DNA of 64,000 nucleotides from NCBI GenBank assembly GCA_903841185.1, contig CAIMIV010000059.1, forward strand, positions 32,442 to 96,441. The letters are read 5' to 3'. Under the pieces are notes generated by a model. The model was not told the DNA's origin. It saw only the letters and a program-made list of their open reading frames with translations, and did no database searches. The translations under genes and the position numbers were made by a program. The DNA is from an uncultured bacterium. GTDB lineage: Bacteria; Patescibacteriota; Minisyncoccia; Moranbacterales; UBA2206. Positions 1-9,647 of the stretch are shown here, piece after piece (position 1 is the stretch's first letter; each line of letters starts with the position of its first letter).

Positions 1-436
1 GATAAGCATATATGCCGGCAATTGATCCCATATTTACAATATGGCCGAAGTTATTTTTTACCATGTGCCTAAGTGACAGCTTAGTTACATACAAAAGGCC
101 TTTTATATTCGTATCAATCATCATATCCCAATCGCTGATGTCTCCATTTTCAACATCCGATAAGCCAAGAGCTAATCCGGCGTTATTTACAAGAATATCA
201 ACATTAATTCCTCCTTCAGCAAGATCCTTAAACATAGCCTCAACAGAATCCATTTTTTGTACATCAACTTTATATATACTAATGCTAGCTGCCTTACTCT
301 CAAGTTTATTTTTTAAATTTTGCAATTTATCAATATTTCTTGAGCATAGTATCAATTGGGTTTCAGCAGAAGATAATTTTTCAGCACACGCTTTACCTAT
401 TCCACTGCTAGCGCCTGTAATTAAAATTGTTCTCAT
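1..436 (-). CDS. Short-chain dehydrogenase/reductase (SDR) family oxidoreductase. Only the N-terminal part is present; the C-terminus is cut by the window edge.
   Basis: The reverse complement of 361-436 translates to MRTILITGASSGIGKACAEKLSS.., the TGxxxGIG Rossmann motif of SDRs. The frame has no stop before position 1, which is why it is absent from the ORF track. The track ORF 12..452(+) is its antisense shadow. Confidence 0.75.
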   Translation of the reverse strand, partial: MRTILITGASSGIGKACAEKLSSAETQLILCSRNIDKLQNLKNKLESKAASISIYKVDVQKMDSVEAMFKDLAEGGINVDILVNNAGLALGLSDVENGDISDWDMMIDTNIKGLLYVTKLSLRHMVKNNFGHIVNMGSIAGIYAY

Positions 437-441
437 AATAA

Positions 442-1833
442 TTACTTTCTAATTTTAATCCCCAGTTCATTTAACTGCTCATCTTGCACTTCAGAAGGAG
501 AATCCATCATAGGGTCTCTTCCCTCACCTGTTTTTGCGAAAGCAATAACTTCCCTAATATTAGGCTCGCCCTGAAGAATCATCATTAATCGATCAAATCC
601 AAACGCTAATCCACCATGTGGAGGTGTTCCTGACGCTAGGGATTTTAGCATGTGTCCGAAATTTTTTTCTATTCTCTCTTCAGAATAGCTCATTATTTCA
701 AAAACTTTTTTTAAACATTCTGGTTTATGAGCACGAACACTGCCACCACCAATCTCATATCCATTTAACACAACATCGAATTGATCAGCAACTATTTTTT
801 CAATATTTTTTTTCTCTAGCAAATCTGAAATATATTCCTGCTTAGGTAGCGAAAATGGATTATGAGAAAAAGTCCAACTACCATCATTGCCTTTCTCAAA
901 AAACGGAAAATCAACAACCCAACAAAATGCTAGTAAATTTGGATTATTTTTATCCTTTCTTATGTCTGGCTTATCGCTTCCATATTTCTCCATAACTTCG
1001 GTATGCGAGAATCTAGGAAATGGAATTTCTTGGATTTCTTTTTCAGGATACAGAGCTTTAATCGTATCTATCAAAAGCCTTTCATTAATGCTGATAATAT
1101 CTTCTTGCGTTGCAAAGCTCATCTCCATATCAATTTGAGTAAATTCTGGCTGACGATCACCTCTAGTATCTTCATCACGAAAACATCTGGCTATTTGAAA
1201 ATATCTCTCAAAACCTGCTGACATAAGAAGTTGCTTATATTGCTGTGGTGATTGTGGAAGTGCATAAAATTTTCCTAAATCAAGTCGTGATGGGACTATA
1301 AAATCGCGTGAGCCTTCTGGAGTTGATTTTGTCATATATGGAGTTTCTATTTCAACAAAACCTTCTTTGGAATAAAAATCACGGACAAATTTAGAAACTA
1401 AATGTCTCCTTCTTATATTTTCTTGCATTCGCTCACGACGCAAATCAATATATCGATGTCGCAAGCGTATTTCCTCATTGATTTCCTTTCCATCTCCAGC
1501 AATATCAAAAGGCGACACCTCCGCCTCATTTAACACTGCGATATTGAAAATTTCCATTTCGATATCACCATTTTGCTTATCTACTTGTATAGCCCGCTCT
1601 GGCCGTTTATTTATTTTACCGCGAACTTCAACTACCCATTCTGACCTAACTTTTGAGCCAATTTCATGTGCTTCATTATTATTAGGTAAAACAACACCCT
1701 GGACTTTTCCAGACACATCACGAAAATCAAAAAAAATTAGCTTGCCTTGATCTCGACGAACATCAACCCAACCAGCTACAGTCACTTCCTTATCTACATA
1801 GTCCTTAAGGTCTTTTATGTATATCCTTTTCAT
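442..1833 (-). CDS. aspS: Aspartyl-tRNA synthetase (class II).
   Basis: 463 aa. It has an N-terminal OB fold, the class II motif 2 FQIARCFRDEDTRGDRQPEFTQIDMEMSF, and motif 3 GGLAFGFDRLMMIL. Confidence 0.9.
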   Translation of the reverse strand: MKRIYIKDLKDYVDKEVTVAGWVDVRRDQGKLIFFDFRDVSGKVQGVVLPNNNEAHEIGSKVRSEWVVEVRGKINKRPERAIQVDKQNGDIEMEIFNIAVLNEAEVSPFDIAGDGKEINEEIRLRHRYIDLRRERMQENIRRRHLVSKFVRDFYSKEGFVEIETPYMTKSTPEGSRDFIVPSRLDLGKFYALPQSPQQYKQLLMSAGFERYFQIARCFRDEDTRGDRQPEFTQIDMEMSFATQEDIISINERLLIDTIKALYPEKEIQEIPFPRFSHTEVMEKYGSDKPDIRKDKNNPNLLAFCWVVDFPFFEKGNDGSWTFSHNPFSLPKQEYISDLLEKKNIEKIVADQFDVVLNGYEIGGGSVRAHKPECLKKVFEIMSYSEERIEKNFGHMLKSLASGTPPHGGLAFGFDRLMMILQGEPNIREVIAFAKTGEGRDPMMDSPSEVQDEQLNELGIKIRK

Positions 1834-1955
1834 TAGTTATTATTTTACTCATTAATACTGCTGATTCAAGTAATTTAAGCTTATCACAAACTCTAAAAAA
1901 ACAAAAGGGCTCCTGCAATAATAGCATCGGCCCCCTTTAAAGTCTTTTCGCCTAC

Positions 1956-2990
1956 TCAAAAGCCATAGACTGCCTTTCCATTGTTGTGGAAAATATTCTC
2001 CTTAGTAATCCCCCTCTTATTTTTAGGTAGCAATTGAATCGCCTTCTTTATTGCCACAATAGACTGCCAGTGGACATGCGTTGCGCCCTTCGCAAGGTAT
2101 CCATATTTTTCATGGTCATTGACATTAAGCCAATGATACTTATGTTCCGTAACCACTCGCTGACCATGCTCAGGATTCATATACGCAATATACCTCAGCA
2201 TATTTAGCGGCTCATCAGATCCAAAGATTATTCGACTTAAACCAAATGCGTCCAAAGCCATTCCAATAACCTCGCTCGACGGATTCATTGCCGTATCCAA
2301 TACGACCTGATCGAACTTGGCAATCTGCTTGTATGCCTCACTCAGCCCAGACACAGGAATCTTGGGTAATCCAAGATGTGCTAAAACCATAACCAACCTA
2401 GGAAAATCCCTCAATACCTTGATTATGTCTTCAGTACAAGAAGTTACCATCTTTGGTAAGTGCAGAATTATTGGCAGACCTAAATCCTGAGCAACTTCTA
2501 AAATCTCTGGTGGAAAGCATTGATAAATATTGGTTGCGGTAGGATTCACATATAAATAATACATTTTGAGAGCAGCGGCTCTTTTGTGATGCATTATCCC
2601 AGATGTGTATTCAATATCCTCGGGCAGTCCAAAGACTGCAATCCGATCATGACCAGGACTATCATTTAGTAGATAGTCATTAGCCTTCCTGTGATTCATT
2701 CCGCGAAAAATATGGGGGAATCTTAGCTTTCTAACAATCTTGCCTGGGTAAAATTTCTCGTTTAGGATATTTGACTCCATAATCGATGTACTTGGAAAAG
2801 TTGACAGAATTGTACTAATAACCCTTTCCTCCATAAACTCCACATGTTCCGCCAAATTATTGTGTACATGGCAATCTATTATGGAATCAGGAAGCCACTC
2901 CATCAATCTCTTCCGCAAATCAATCTCCATTCTCTTGAAATCTAAAGCATGTGCCAAATACTCTTCATATCTTATCACAAGTGGTATCAT
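1956..2990 (-). CDS. Amidohydrolase-2 family metal-dependent hydrolase (TIM barrel).
   Basis: 344 aa. DCHVH metal-binding motif near the N-terminus, an internal HLPK motif, and a C-terminal IFGSDEPL motif typical of PF04909-like hydrolases. Confidence 0.5.
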   Translation of the reverse strand: MIPLVIRYEEYLAHALDFKRMEIDLRKRLMEWLPDSIIDCHVHNNLAEHVEFMEERVISTILSTFPSTSIMESNILNEKFYPGKIVRKLRFPHIFRGMNHRKANDYLLNDSPGHDRIAVFGLPEDIEYTSGIMHHKRAAALKMYYLYVNPTATNIYQCFPPEILEVAQDLGLPIILHLPKMVTSCTEDIIKVLRDFPRLVMVLAHLGLPKIPVSGLSEAYKQIAKFDQVVLDTAMNPSSEVIGMALDAFGLSRIIFGSDEPLNMLRYIAYMNPEHGQRVVTEHKYHWLNVNDHEKYGYLAKGATHVHWQSIVAIKKAIQLLPKNKRGITKENIFHNNGKAVYGF

Positions 2991-3239
2991 TTCATTGCCC
3001 TCCTGGCATTTTATTGTATAAAGAACATCGCATCACTACCCTACCCGCAGGAGCCAATCCGAACACCTACTTTTTTTAATCTCTTACAGCTTTAATCATA
3101 CTATATATGTGCTTTTTGTAAATTTTAAATGGCTCTATACTAAACAGTGTGGTGGGTAAATTTTAATATTTTTCCATAAAAAAGATGCTCCGAGTAGTTA
3201 AACCACAGAGCATTATTGCATTGTTGAAATGCATTTTGA

Positions 3240-3434
3240 TTAGCGTGACTTTATTTGGTCAGAATTCGTCTTCTTTCCCTGTGACCAAAAAATTTTAGCC
3301 ATAAGCAAAAGTCCTGCCAAAATAATTATCGTAAAGTATGGATGATCTTGCATGCCCGCAAGCACTTGTGCATTCATTTCAGGCGACATATTCATCCAAA
3401 AAGCTCTACTATACATTATTCCATCCATTTCCAT
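3240..3434 (-). CDS. Hypothetical small membrane protein (one TM).
   Basis: 64 aa with a single hydrophobic helix (FTIIILAGLLLMAKIF). No recognisable domain. Confidence 0.2.
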   Translation of the reverse strand: MEMDGIMYSRAFWMNMSPEMNAQVLAGMQDHPYFTIIILAGLLLMAKIFWSQGKKTNSDQIKSR

Positions 3435-3696
3435 TCCCTCCTTAATTTACTAAAGTTATCAATCATAAACATAGCCTCGCAATACCTACTGACACATTAT
3501 TTTAAAGATCTATTCCCTCTCAGTTTATTGTATCAAATAACAATAAAAAAACAAGCCCAACCAAAAAAAGCCCTCGCGGACTTTTTTAGCTGGGCTATTT
3601 TTGAAAATTAAATCATTAGAAATTCAATGTAAATTGAAAATTGATTATTGAACATTCATTTGACCTTTAACCTTTGGTTTTTGGATTTCCAACCCC

Positions 3697-5448
3697 CTAT
3701 TCCCACTTCGCCAACAACTCTTCCGATTGCACCAGCGGGATTTCGATGATGAAACGCGAACCGCGGTCTTGACCGTCGGATTCCGCCCAGATTTTGCCAC
3801 CGTTGGATTCAATCATGCTGCGGCCGACATAGAGCCCCAGGCCGGTGCCGCCGGTGTTGAGGCGCGAAGTGTCTTTGCCCCGCGAAAACTTAGCAAAGAG
3901 ATAGGGCAATTCCGTTTTCGGAATGCCAATACCGGTATCCGCCACGGTGATACGGGCAAAGTCGCCTGCTTGTTGCAAGATCAATTTCACGCCACCATGA
4001 CCCTTCAAGGTGTATTTGAGAGCATTGTCGACCATATTAGAGATCACTTCCCGCACCTTCACGCCATCAATGGTCACTTCCGGCACAGGTGTTTCCGGTG
4101 GCAGATATTCTAAATAGAGCTCATTGTTTTTAGCCCGGATGGCAAAAGTGTCCATCACCTCATGACAGATTTTATCCAAATCCCATTTATCAAAGCTAAA
4201 CTCCATCCGGCCGGATTCAATACGTGAAACATTAAGCAAGTCTTCCACCAAAGCGATCAAACGTTCGTTGCTGATATACACTTTGTTCAACACATCCAAA
4301 TGTTTCTCCGCCAGCGAACCATAGGAGCCCTCCAAAAGCAAAGACAAGAAACCTTTGATGGAAGTGAGTGGGGTGCGCAACTGATGGGAAGCGATGGAAA
4401 TAAATTCCGACTTAGCGTTGTCTAAGGAGCGCAACTGATCATTAGATGCTGACAATCGATCAGCCATCATTTGCAATTCCTCTTTCCTTCCGACCAGTTC
4501 CGCACTAGATACCTCCAAAGCCTCACGCAAGGCTATCTCTTTTTTCACTGAACGCACCAAGTTCCAACCCATGATAGCGGTCAAGAGAAGAGTAACGCCG
4601 ATTAATGTTCTATTCATCACACTCGAGGCAAATGTCAACATGGAAGCAATGAGAATAATTTGTGCCACAATCAAAGTCTGCGCTTCGAGAAGTTTGATGT
4701 GAAAGGCTTTGTATTTCACAATTATATAGACCAAGAATCCCATGAATACCGGCATTCCAAAAAGGCCATATTGAATAATTTTCCAATTATCTGGATTACT
4801 TGGATTCAATAAGGCAGCTAAGCTACCAGCAAGATTTGCACCGGAAAAAGAACTCAAAAATAAAATCACTCCCACGGAAAAATATGCCACTTTTTTCTTT
4901 TCCTCTCCCTTAGTGCTTATTATTTTTCTGACCAAATAGACTATGAGTGTTAAAAGGAAGAGTATTTCCAGAAAATAGAAATATTTCACCAAGGACCCCT
5001 GATTTGCTTCGCACATTATGGCATCAAAGCCCGTTATATTATAGACAGAAGGCAATAAAAATATATATGGTAAGAACAGCGAAGCAAATAAAACCTTTAA
5101 TTTAAATCCAATATCCTTCTTTTCAATAAAAACATAAGCAAAATACAATGTGAAGACAGTAACTAAATTTTCCACAAAATTTATCAGTGACCAAAAAAAC
5201 ATTGTCTTGCGGCTATCTGGACTGCTCCATAAAATAAGGTCAATTCCTGACCACAAAACAAATAAAAGCGTAGCTAAAAAGAATAATCTCACAGCAAGAT
5301 CTTTACGACTCTTTAAAAAAACAAAAAAACCCAATGCTAACGCCATTAGAGCTGTCGGTATGTGGGAATAGTATATAAAACCGTCTGCTAATAATGACTG
5401 CATTATAGTATTACAATAACTCGAGTTTGTAACAATATTAGGATCCAT
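3697..5448 (-). CDS. Sensor histidine kinase with an N-terminal 7TM sensor domain.
   Basis: 583 aa. About 290 aa of multi-pass membrane domain, a coiled-coil linker, the H-box SHQLRTPLTSIKGF, and an HATPase_c G-box GTGLGLYVGRSMIESNGGKIWAES. No response regulator is adjacent. Confidence 0.85.
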   Translation of the reverse strand: MDPNIVTNSSYCNTIMQSLLADGFIYYSHIPTALMALALGFFVFLKSRKDLAVRLFFLATLLFVLWSGIDLILWSSPDSRKTMFFWSLINFVENLVTVFTLYFAYVFIEKKDIGFKLKVLFASLFLPYIFLLPSVYNITGFDAIMCEANQGSLVKYFYFLEILFLLTLIVYLVRKIISTKGEEKKKVAYFSVGVILFLSSFSGANLAGSLAALLNPSNPDNWKIIQYGLFGMPVFMGFLVYIIVKYKAFHIKLLEAQTLIVAQIILIASMLTFASSVMNRTLIGVTLLLTAIMGWNLVRSVKKEIALREALEVSSAELVGRKEELQMMADRLSASNDQLRSLDNAKSEFISIASHQLRTPLTSIKGFLSLLLEGSYGSLAEKHLDVLNKVYISNERLIALVEDLLNVSRIESGRMEFSFDKWDLDKICHEVMDTFAIRAKNNELYLEYLPPETPVPEVTIDGVKVREVISNMVDNALKYTLKGHGGVKLILQQAGDFARITVADTGIGIPKTELPYLFAKFSRGKDTSRLNTGGTGLGLYVGRSMIESNGGKIWAESDGQDRGSRFIIEIPLVQSEELLAKWE

Positions 5449-5456
5449 ATTTTTTA

Positions 5457-6284
5457 TTATTTATTATTTTTTATTTCTTGAATTTTATTCTTAATCCTAT
5501 CAGGGTAATATCGCCAATATACTTCATCCTCTCTTTCTACGGGAGCCAATCTCACTATCAATGGCTTTAGCCCGAATACTTCCATAACCCTTCTGTAACT
5601 TGGTAAGAATATATCCCTAGTAAGCTCGTCATATACATCGCTCAATAAAAAACTCTCAAATAATATTCCGTTACAAATAAATAACGAGAGTATATAATCA
5701 TAATATTGCCTTGCAACAGCACCATTTCGCTCAAAATTGTCTGACATATCAAAAATATCTTTTTCGGAAACAAAAGGACTAACAAGTAAATGATGGAAAT
5801 CAACTAAGTTATCGCCATCGATAGTTTGAATATCAGAAAATTTCTTTCCATCATATTGATTGAAATCTACCACCCTTAATGCCGACAATACTGGATTCCC
5901 CCTCTTTCCCATTTCATTGAAAAAAAATAATTTTCCTAAATAGTATTTATCTTTATTCTTCGAAACAAATTTGTCTTTAATATATTCAAGACATAAAGGA
6001 CTTAATTCTGTTTTTTTTGATAATTCTAAAAAATACAGTAATTCAAAATTCGGGCTTGTGACATGTCTTGATAGTACTGCCCTTGGGGATACTTTCAATA
6101 TATCTGGGATATCTCCTTTTAAAAAATCCTCTACCCTCTTCCTCAAATCTAGATCATTCCATCTCCGCCAAATTTCTACTTTTGCCTCTTCAAGGGTGGT
6201 ATAAATATTTTCCATTTCTGCGACCAAACCAGCATTAGATTCCTCGATATTTTTTTCTTCCATATACAATGTATTTATTAACAA
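5457..6284 (-). CDS. Hypothetical protein overlapping the upstream speH by 7 nt, so probably translationally coupled.
   Basis: 275 aa with no recognisable motif. Starts inside the speH stop region. Coding-like composition. Confidence 0.5.
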   Translation of the reverse strand: MLINTLYMEEKNIEESNAGLVAEMENIYTTLEEAKVEIWRRWNDLDLRKRVEDFLKGDIPDILKVSPRAVLSRHVTSPNFELLYFLELSKKTELSPLCLEYIKDKFVSKNKDKYYLGKLFFFNEMGKRGNPVLSALRVVDFNQYDGKKFSDIQTIDGDNLVDFHHLLVSPFVSEKDIFDMSDNFERNGAVARQYYDYILSLFICNGILFESFLLSDVYDELTRDIFLPSYRRVMEVFGLKPLIVRLAPVEREDEVYWRYYPDRIKNKIQEIKNNK

Positions 6285-6673
6285 ACATTAATCGCGGGAT
6301 ATCTTGTCCCCCTCTTCACAAAATTTTCTTCGATTTCCTCTATGCCGAATATCTCGGTAAAATATTTTTTAATAAACTCACGATCAATTCCATTGGTGCA
6401 GGTATAGACATCGATGCTGATAAATTTTCGCTTCGGGAAAGTGTGTATGCTAATGTGACTTTCTGCAATCACAACTATCCCACTCCATCCTCCCGGGTCT
6501 TTAATCGCGTTATCTTCCGCCTTGAAAACATAGGGATCGCTCAATCTAGTCATGCCAAGCTGATGAGGCAATTCAACCAGGGCCAGCATTACCAAGTCCT
6601 TGTCATTAAGTTTTGCATAATCCCCCCCATAACAATCCAACATCAAATGCTCCCCAAAATTACATATCTCCAT
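6278..6673 (-). CDS. speH: S-adenosylmethionine decarboxylase proenzyme, pyruvoyl-dependent (SpeH/SpeD class).
   Basis: 131 aa. HLMLDCYG and the hallmark self-cleavage motif ESHISIHTFPE; the Ser is the pyruvoyl precursor. Confidence 0.85.
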   Translation of the reverse strand: MEICNFGEHLMLDCYGGDYAKLNDKDLVMLALVELPHQLGMTRLSDPYVFKAEDNAIKDPGGWSGIVVIAESHISIHTFPKRKFISIDVYTCTNGIDREFIKKYFTEIFGIEEIEENFVKRGTRYPAINVC

Positions 6674-6807
6674 AGTCCCACTAAATTAATTATTTAATTA
6701 TTTTAAATTGTTTTCCAATCTTCTCCTATTTAAAATTATACCAAACTTCTGTATTTAAGTAAATAGAAATGACCGTATTTTTAACAAATCATCGCTATTA
6801 CTCCTTA

Positions 6808-7752
6808 TTATAAATTAATTAGATATACTCCAAATGCCATTATTACTATGGCAACTATTTTGTGCGTGAGTCCGGATAGCTGATCATTATATATTTGCTT
6901 AGCCAAATCTTCATATTTATGTGAAAAAAACCGAAAGGCAAAAAATATCAAAGCGCTCAAAACAACAATAAAAGCTGGCTGCAAACTTTCAATCATGGAA
7001 ACCAATGAAACGGCTGGACTTGTTTCAATAGCCCGCTGCGAAGTCATGACGCCGCCCAAAACCACTAATTCACTAAAAATAAACCAACCAATATATTGCC
7101 TGCCAATATTAAACAAATTACCCGCGCCGTGCCTAAGTATTTTCAGCATATAGAAAAACAAGCCGCCCATAACACCACCTAAGGAATAGAACAGAATCAC
7201 ACTATAGAATGGTACACTTAGAGTATACAATTCTCGTGTAAATATAATATTTAATGAAAAAAATATAACTGAGCCAGACATGATTGAAGCAATCGGCCAA
7301 AATTTTTCATTTTTCATTTTTCCACCGCCCGCCAAAGTTGTCACGCCAATAAATGTGATTGCGATGCCACCATATTGCATCAGCGAAAGCTTTTCTTGGA
7401 GCAAAGCAAAGGCGAGAATCGGAACAACCACTGCAAAAGTATTTTGGATTATTTGAATAAGTGCGGCGTCACCATCTCTAAATAACGCTTTGAAATAAAA
7501 AAAATACGACACTACTAAAAAAAATCCCCCGCTCATTGCGATAAAAATAAATTCCTTAGCTGGGAAAACCAGTCCAAGGAAAGGCACCGTTAGCCAGGGC
7601 ACAATTTGCGTAAGTCCAATAACGACAGCACCATCATATTCATTATCATAGACTTCCGCAACAAAATAGATGTCAATAAGATTGACTAGTGCCCAAAAAA
7701 TCGGGGCGATAAAAGCAATTAAAAACCAATTATTCCAAAGATTTTCTAGCAT
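6808..7752 (-). CDS. DMT/EamA-like permease (10 TM).
   Basis: 314 aa polytopic membrane protein with a duplicated 5-TM architecture and an EamA-like C-terminal segment (ETSPAVSLVSMIESLQPAFIVVLSALIF). Confidence 0.5.
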   Translation of the reverse strand: MLENLWNNWFLIAFIAPIFWALVNLIDIYFVAEVYDNEYDGAVVIGLTQIVPWLTVPFLGLVFPAKEFIFIAMSGGFFLVVSYFFYFKALFRDGDAALIQIIQNTFAVVVPILAFALLQEKLSLMQYGGIAITFIGVTTLAGGGKMKNEKFWPIASIMSGSVIFFSLNIIFTRELYTLSVPFYSVILFYSLGGVMGGLFFYMLKILRHGAGNLFNIGRQYIGWFIFSELVVLGGVMTSQRAIETSPAVSLVSMIESLQPAFIVVLSALIFFAFRFFSHKYEDLAKQIYNDQLSGLTHKIVAIVIMAFGVYLINL

Positions 7753-7784
7753 TAGACTAATCTATTATTTCTTACAGCTGATTT

Positions 7785-8285
7785 CTATTCTGTCGAATCA
7801 GTTGCCGGCGCATCAGCGTTGCAACCCCCTATTCCCGGATCACACGTGACATCGTTAGCGGTGACATTATTATCCGTGGGTGGATTATCTATGCTATATT
7901 GCGCCGGGTCATTGCACGTATCGCCTTCAGGAACATTAGTTTCATCACACAATTCATAGGAGCAATACGCTTCTCCATCACCGCAAACCAAAGCGGTGCA
8001 ATTTTCATTGGCCGGATCGCAATCAGGGATATTATAGGCCATGCGACTAATATTTTTAGTAAACCAAGTGTCATCGGTCAAATTCCCCTTGCAAGCGTCT
8101 GGTCCATCCACATTTGGATCTGGGTCGCACACATGCACAAAGCAACTCTCACTATAGGGATCACAATTCGCCGCTGCCCGGATACTATAATCTCTTTTTA
8201 TCAGATACCGATAGGCCGTCAAGCCCACCGAAATGCTGACCAACAATACGACTACCCACCAAAATATTTTTGTTTTTCTGTCCAT
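7785..8285 (-). CDS. Membrane-anchored, cysteine-rich, D/P/N-rich extracytoplasmic protein.
   Basis: 166 aa. N-terminal TM anchor (IFWWVVVLLVSISVGLTAY), then 16 Cys in CDP/CDE-type spacings. GC-richer than its surroundings. Confidence 0.5.
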   Translation of the reverse strand: MDRKTKIFWWVVVLLVSISVGLTAYRYLIKRDYSIRAAANCDPYSESCFVHVCDPDPNVDGPDACKGNLTDDTWFTKNISRMAYNIPDCDPANENCTALVCGDGEAYCSYELCDETNVPEGDTCNDPAQYSIDNPPTDNNVTANDVTCDPGIGGCNADAPATDSTE

Positions 8286-8496
8286 TATTATAATTTTTAA
8301 ACAATAACTAATTACTAACTTGAATTAATTATACCACAAACATCGGATTTTATACAATAAAAATTTGTGTATTATTAAACTCCGATCCAAAGATCACGAT
8401 AAAAAAAGCTTATTCATGGCTTTTTTCATTCTTTAGAAAAACTTTTTACTAAGCCATTCCGACTAAGATTTTTTTACCAACTCCTAATTTATTGAT

Positions 8497-9381
8497 TCAC
8501 TCCTCCTCCGAACCATACATTATCAGCCATCTTTTTAGACGACAATTCCCCCAAAATATCCAGACTACCGTGACATAGAAAGCCGCTAGGATGAAGTGAA
8601 ACATGGGGGTGAGAGCCAGGAAGAACATGCCCCCGAAAATCACGGAAAGAATGGCGAAGGCAAACCATTTGCGCGGCAGGGTTTCAAAATCAAATAGATC
8701 ATATTCTATTATCGTGAACACCATCAAGGCCACGAAAAAGAGATTACCCAAAATGAAATAGGGTGAAATTTCGATGTCCCATTTTTCTGCCGCTTTGAGC
8801 ATATCCACCATCTCATAGGCGATGTTCCACAACACAAAAGATGCAATGGCAAAAACCAGCACTTTAATTTGTAATTTGGTTTTATAATAGGCTAGCGGTT
8901 GGCGAAATTTTTGCAGTAGCACCGCTACGGACCCAATGACATATCCCAAATCCAAACAAAGACTACTGACAATTACCCATCCTGATTGATAGGCACAAGT
9001 TTGCGCCTCCACGCTGCCAATGCCCTGACCGCTGGCCACCGCAAAAACCGTCACACCCAAGGGCAGTGCCAAAAGCCCTTTCTTTTGCCAGGTTAGTTTT
9101 TTGCCCGCCAGGTCATAGGAAAAAAAGAGGAAGAAGAGAAAGAAAAAATCCACCAAATTAGACAAGCGAAAAAAAAGATAGCTCGTGTGCACATCACGCG
9201 TCATCCATTGCACCAAATCTCCCATAGTCCACAAAGCGATTATCAGCAGAAAATAAAAAGCATTCCGATTGAGAGAATGTTTGGCATTTTTTCCTAGGAT
9301 GCTAAAAGCGACCATCAGGGTAATGATAATTACCGTACTATAGGAATAATATATAAATAGCGGCGTTTCAAATTGACACAT
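8497..9381 (-). CDS. Stand-alone 7TM sensor-domain membrane protein, a paralogue of the histidine-kinase N-terminal domain at 3697-5448.
   Basis: 294 aa. FIYYSYS..LWTMGDLVQW..FFLFFLFFSYDLAGKK aligns with the kinase segment FIYYSHI..LWSGIDLILW..FTLYFAYVFIEKKD. It has no kinase core. Confidence 0.55.
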   Translation of the reverse strand: MCQFETPLFIYYSYSTVIIITLMVAFSILGKNAKHSLNRNAFYFLLIIALWTMGDLVQWMTRDVHTSYLFFRLSNLVDFFFLFFLFFSYDLAGKKLTWQKKGLLALPLGVTVFAVASGQGIGSVEAQTCAYQSGWVIVSSLCLDLGYVIGSVAVLLQKFRQPLAYYKTKLQIKVLVFAIASFVLWNIAYEMVDMLKAAEKWDIEISPYFILGNLFFVALMVFTIIEYDLFDFETLPRKWFAFAILSVIFGGMFFLALTPMFHFILAAFYVTVVWIFWGNCRLKRWLIMYGSEEE

Positions 9382-9535
9382 ACACGGTCATATTAACATG
9401 TTAACTTATTAGTATTTTAACAACTTGACGCAAATAATAATTATTTTTGGAGTATTATCATCTAGTACAGCGCTCCGTGCATTCTCTTTCTCTTTCTTCC
9501 TTGCTCATTTCTAGGCAATCCCCGATTCCCAAGCA

Positions 9536-9564
9536 TTGACAAACCCTTTGCCACCTGCTATAAT
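9536..9564 (+). promoter_or_regulatory. Sigma70-type promoter for the DEAD-box helicase gene.
   Basis: TTGACA at 9536-9541, a 17-nt spacer, then TATAAT at 9559-9564. It lies about 80 nt upstream of the ATG at 9648. Confidence 0.55.
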
Positions 9565-9647
9565 TACTTTTTATGTTAACACTTTGTGAATTATTCTTCT
9601 TTTAGAAAGTTGCGACATAAATTTTTAATTATTTATGTTTCAACATA

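Noticed and set aside
12-452. Track ORF of 146 aa on the plus strand at the window start.
   Set aside because: It is the antisense shadow of the SDR gene, whose TGxxxGIG motif reads on the minus strand. It has no motif and a low-complexity composition.
618-1750. Plus-strand ORFs (75-90 aa) inside aspS.
   Set aside because: They are antisense to a confidently identified aspS.
3727-4113. Plus-strand 128-aa ORF inside the histidine kinase.
   Set aside because: It is antisense to the conserved HATPase region. It exists only because of the GC-rich codon bias of that segment.
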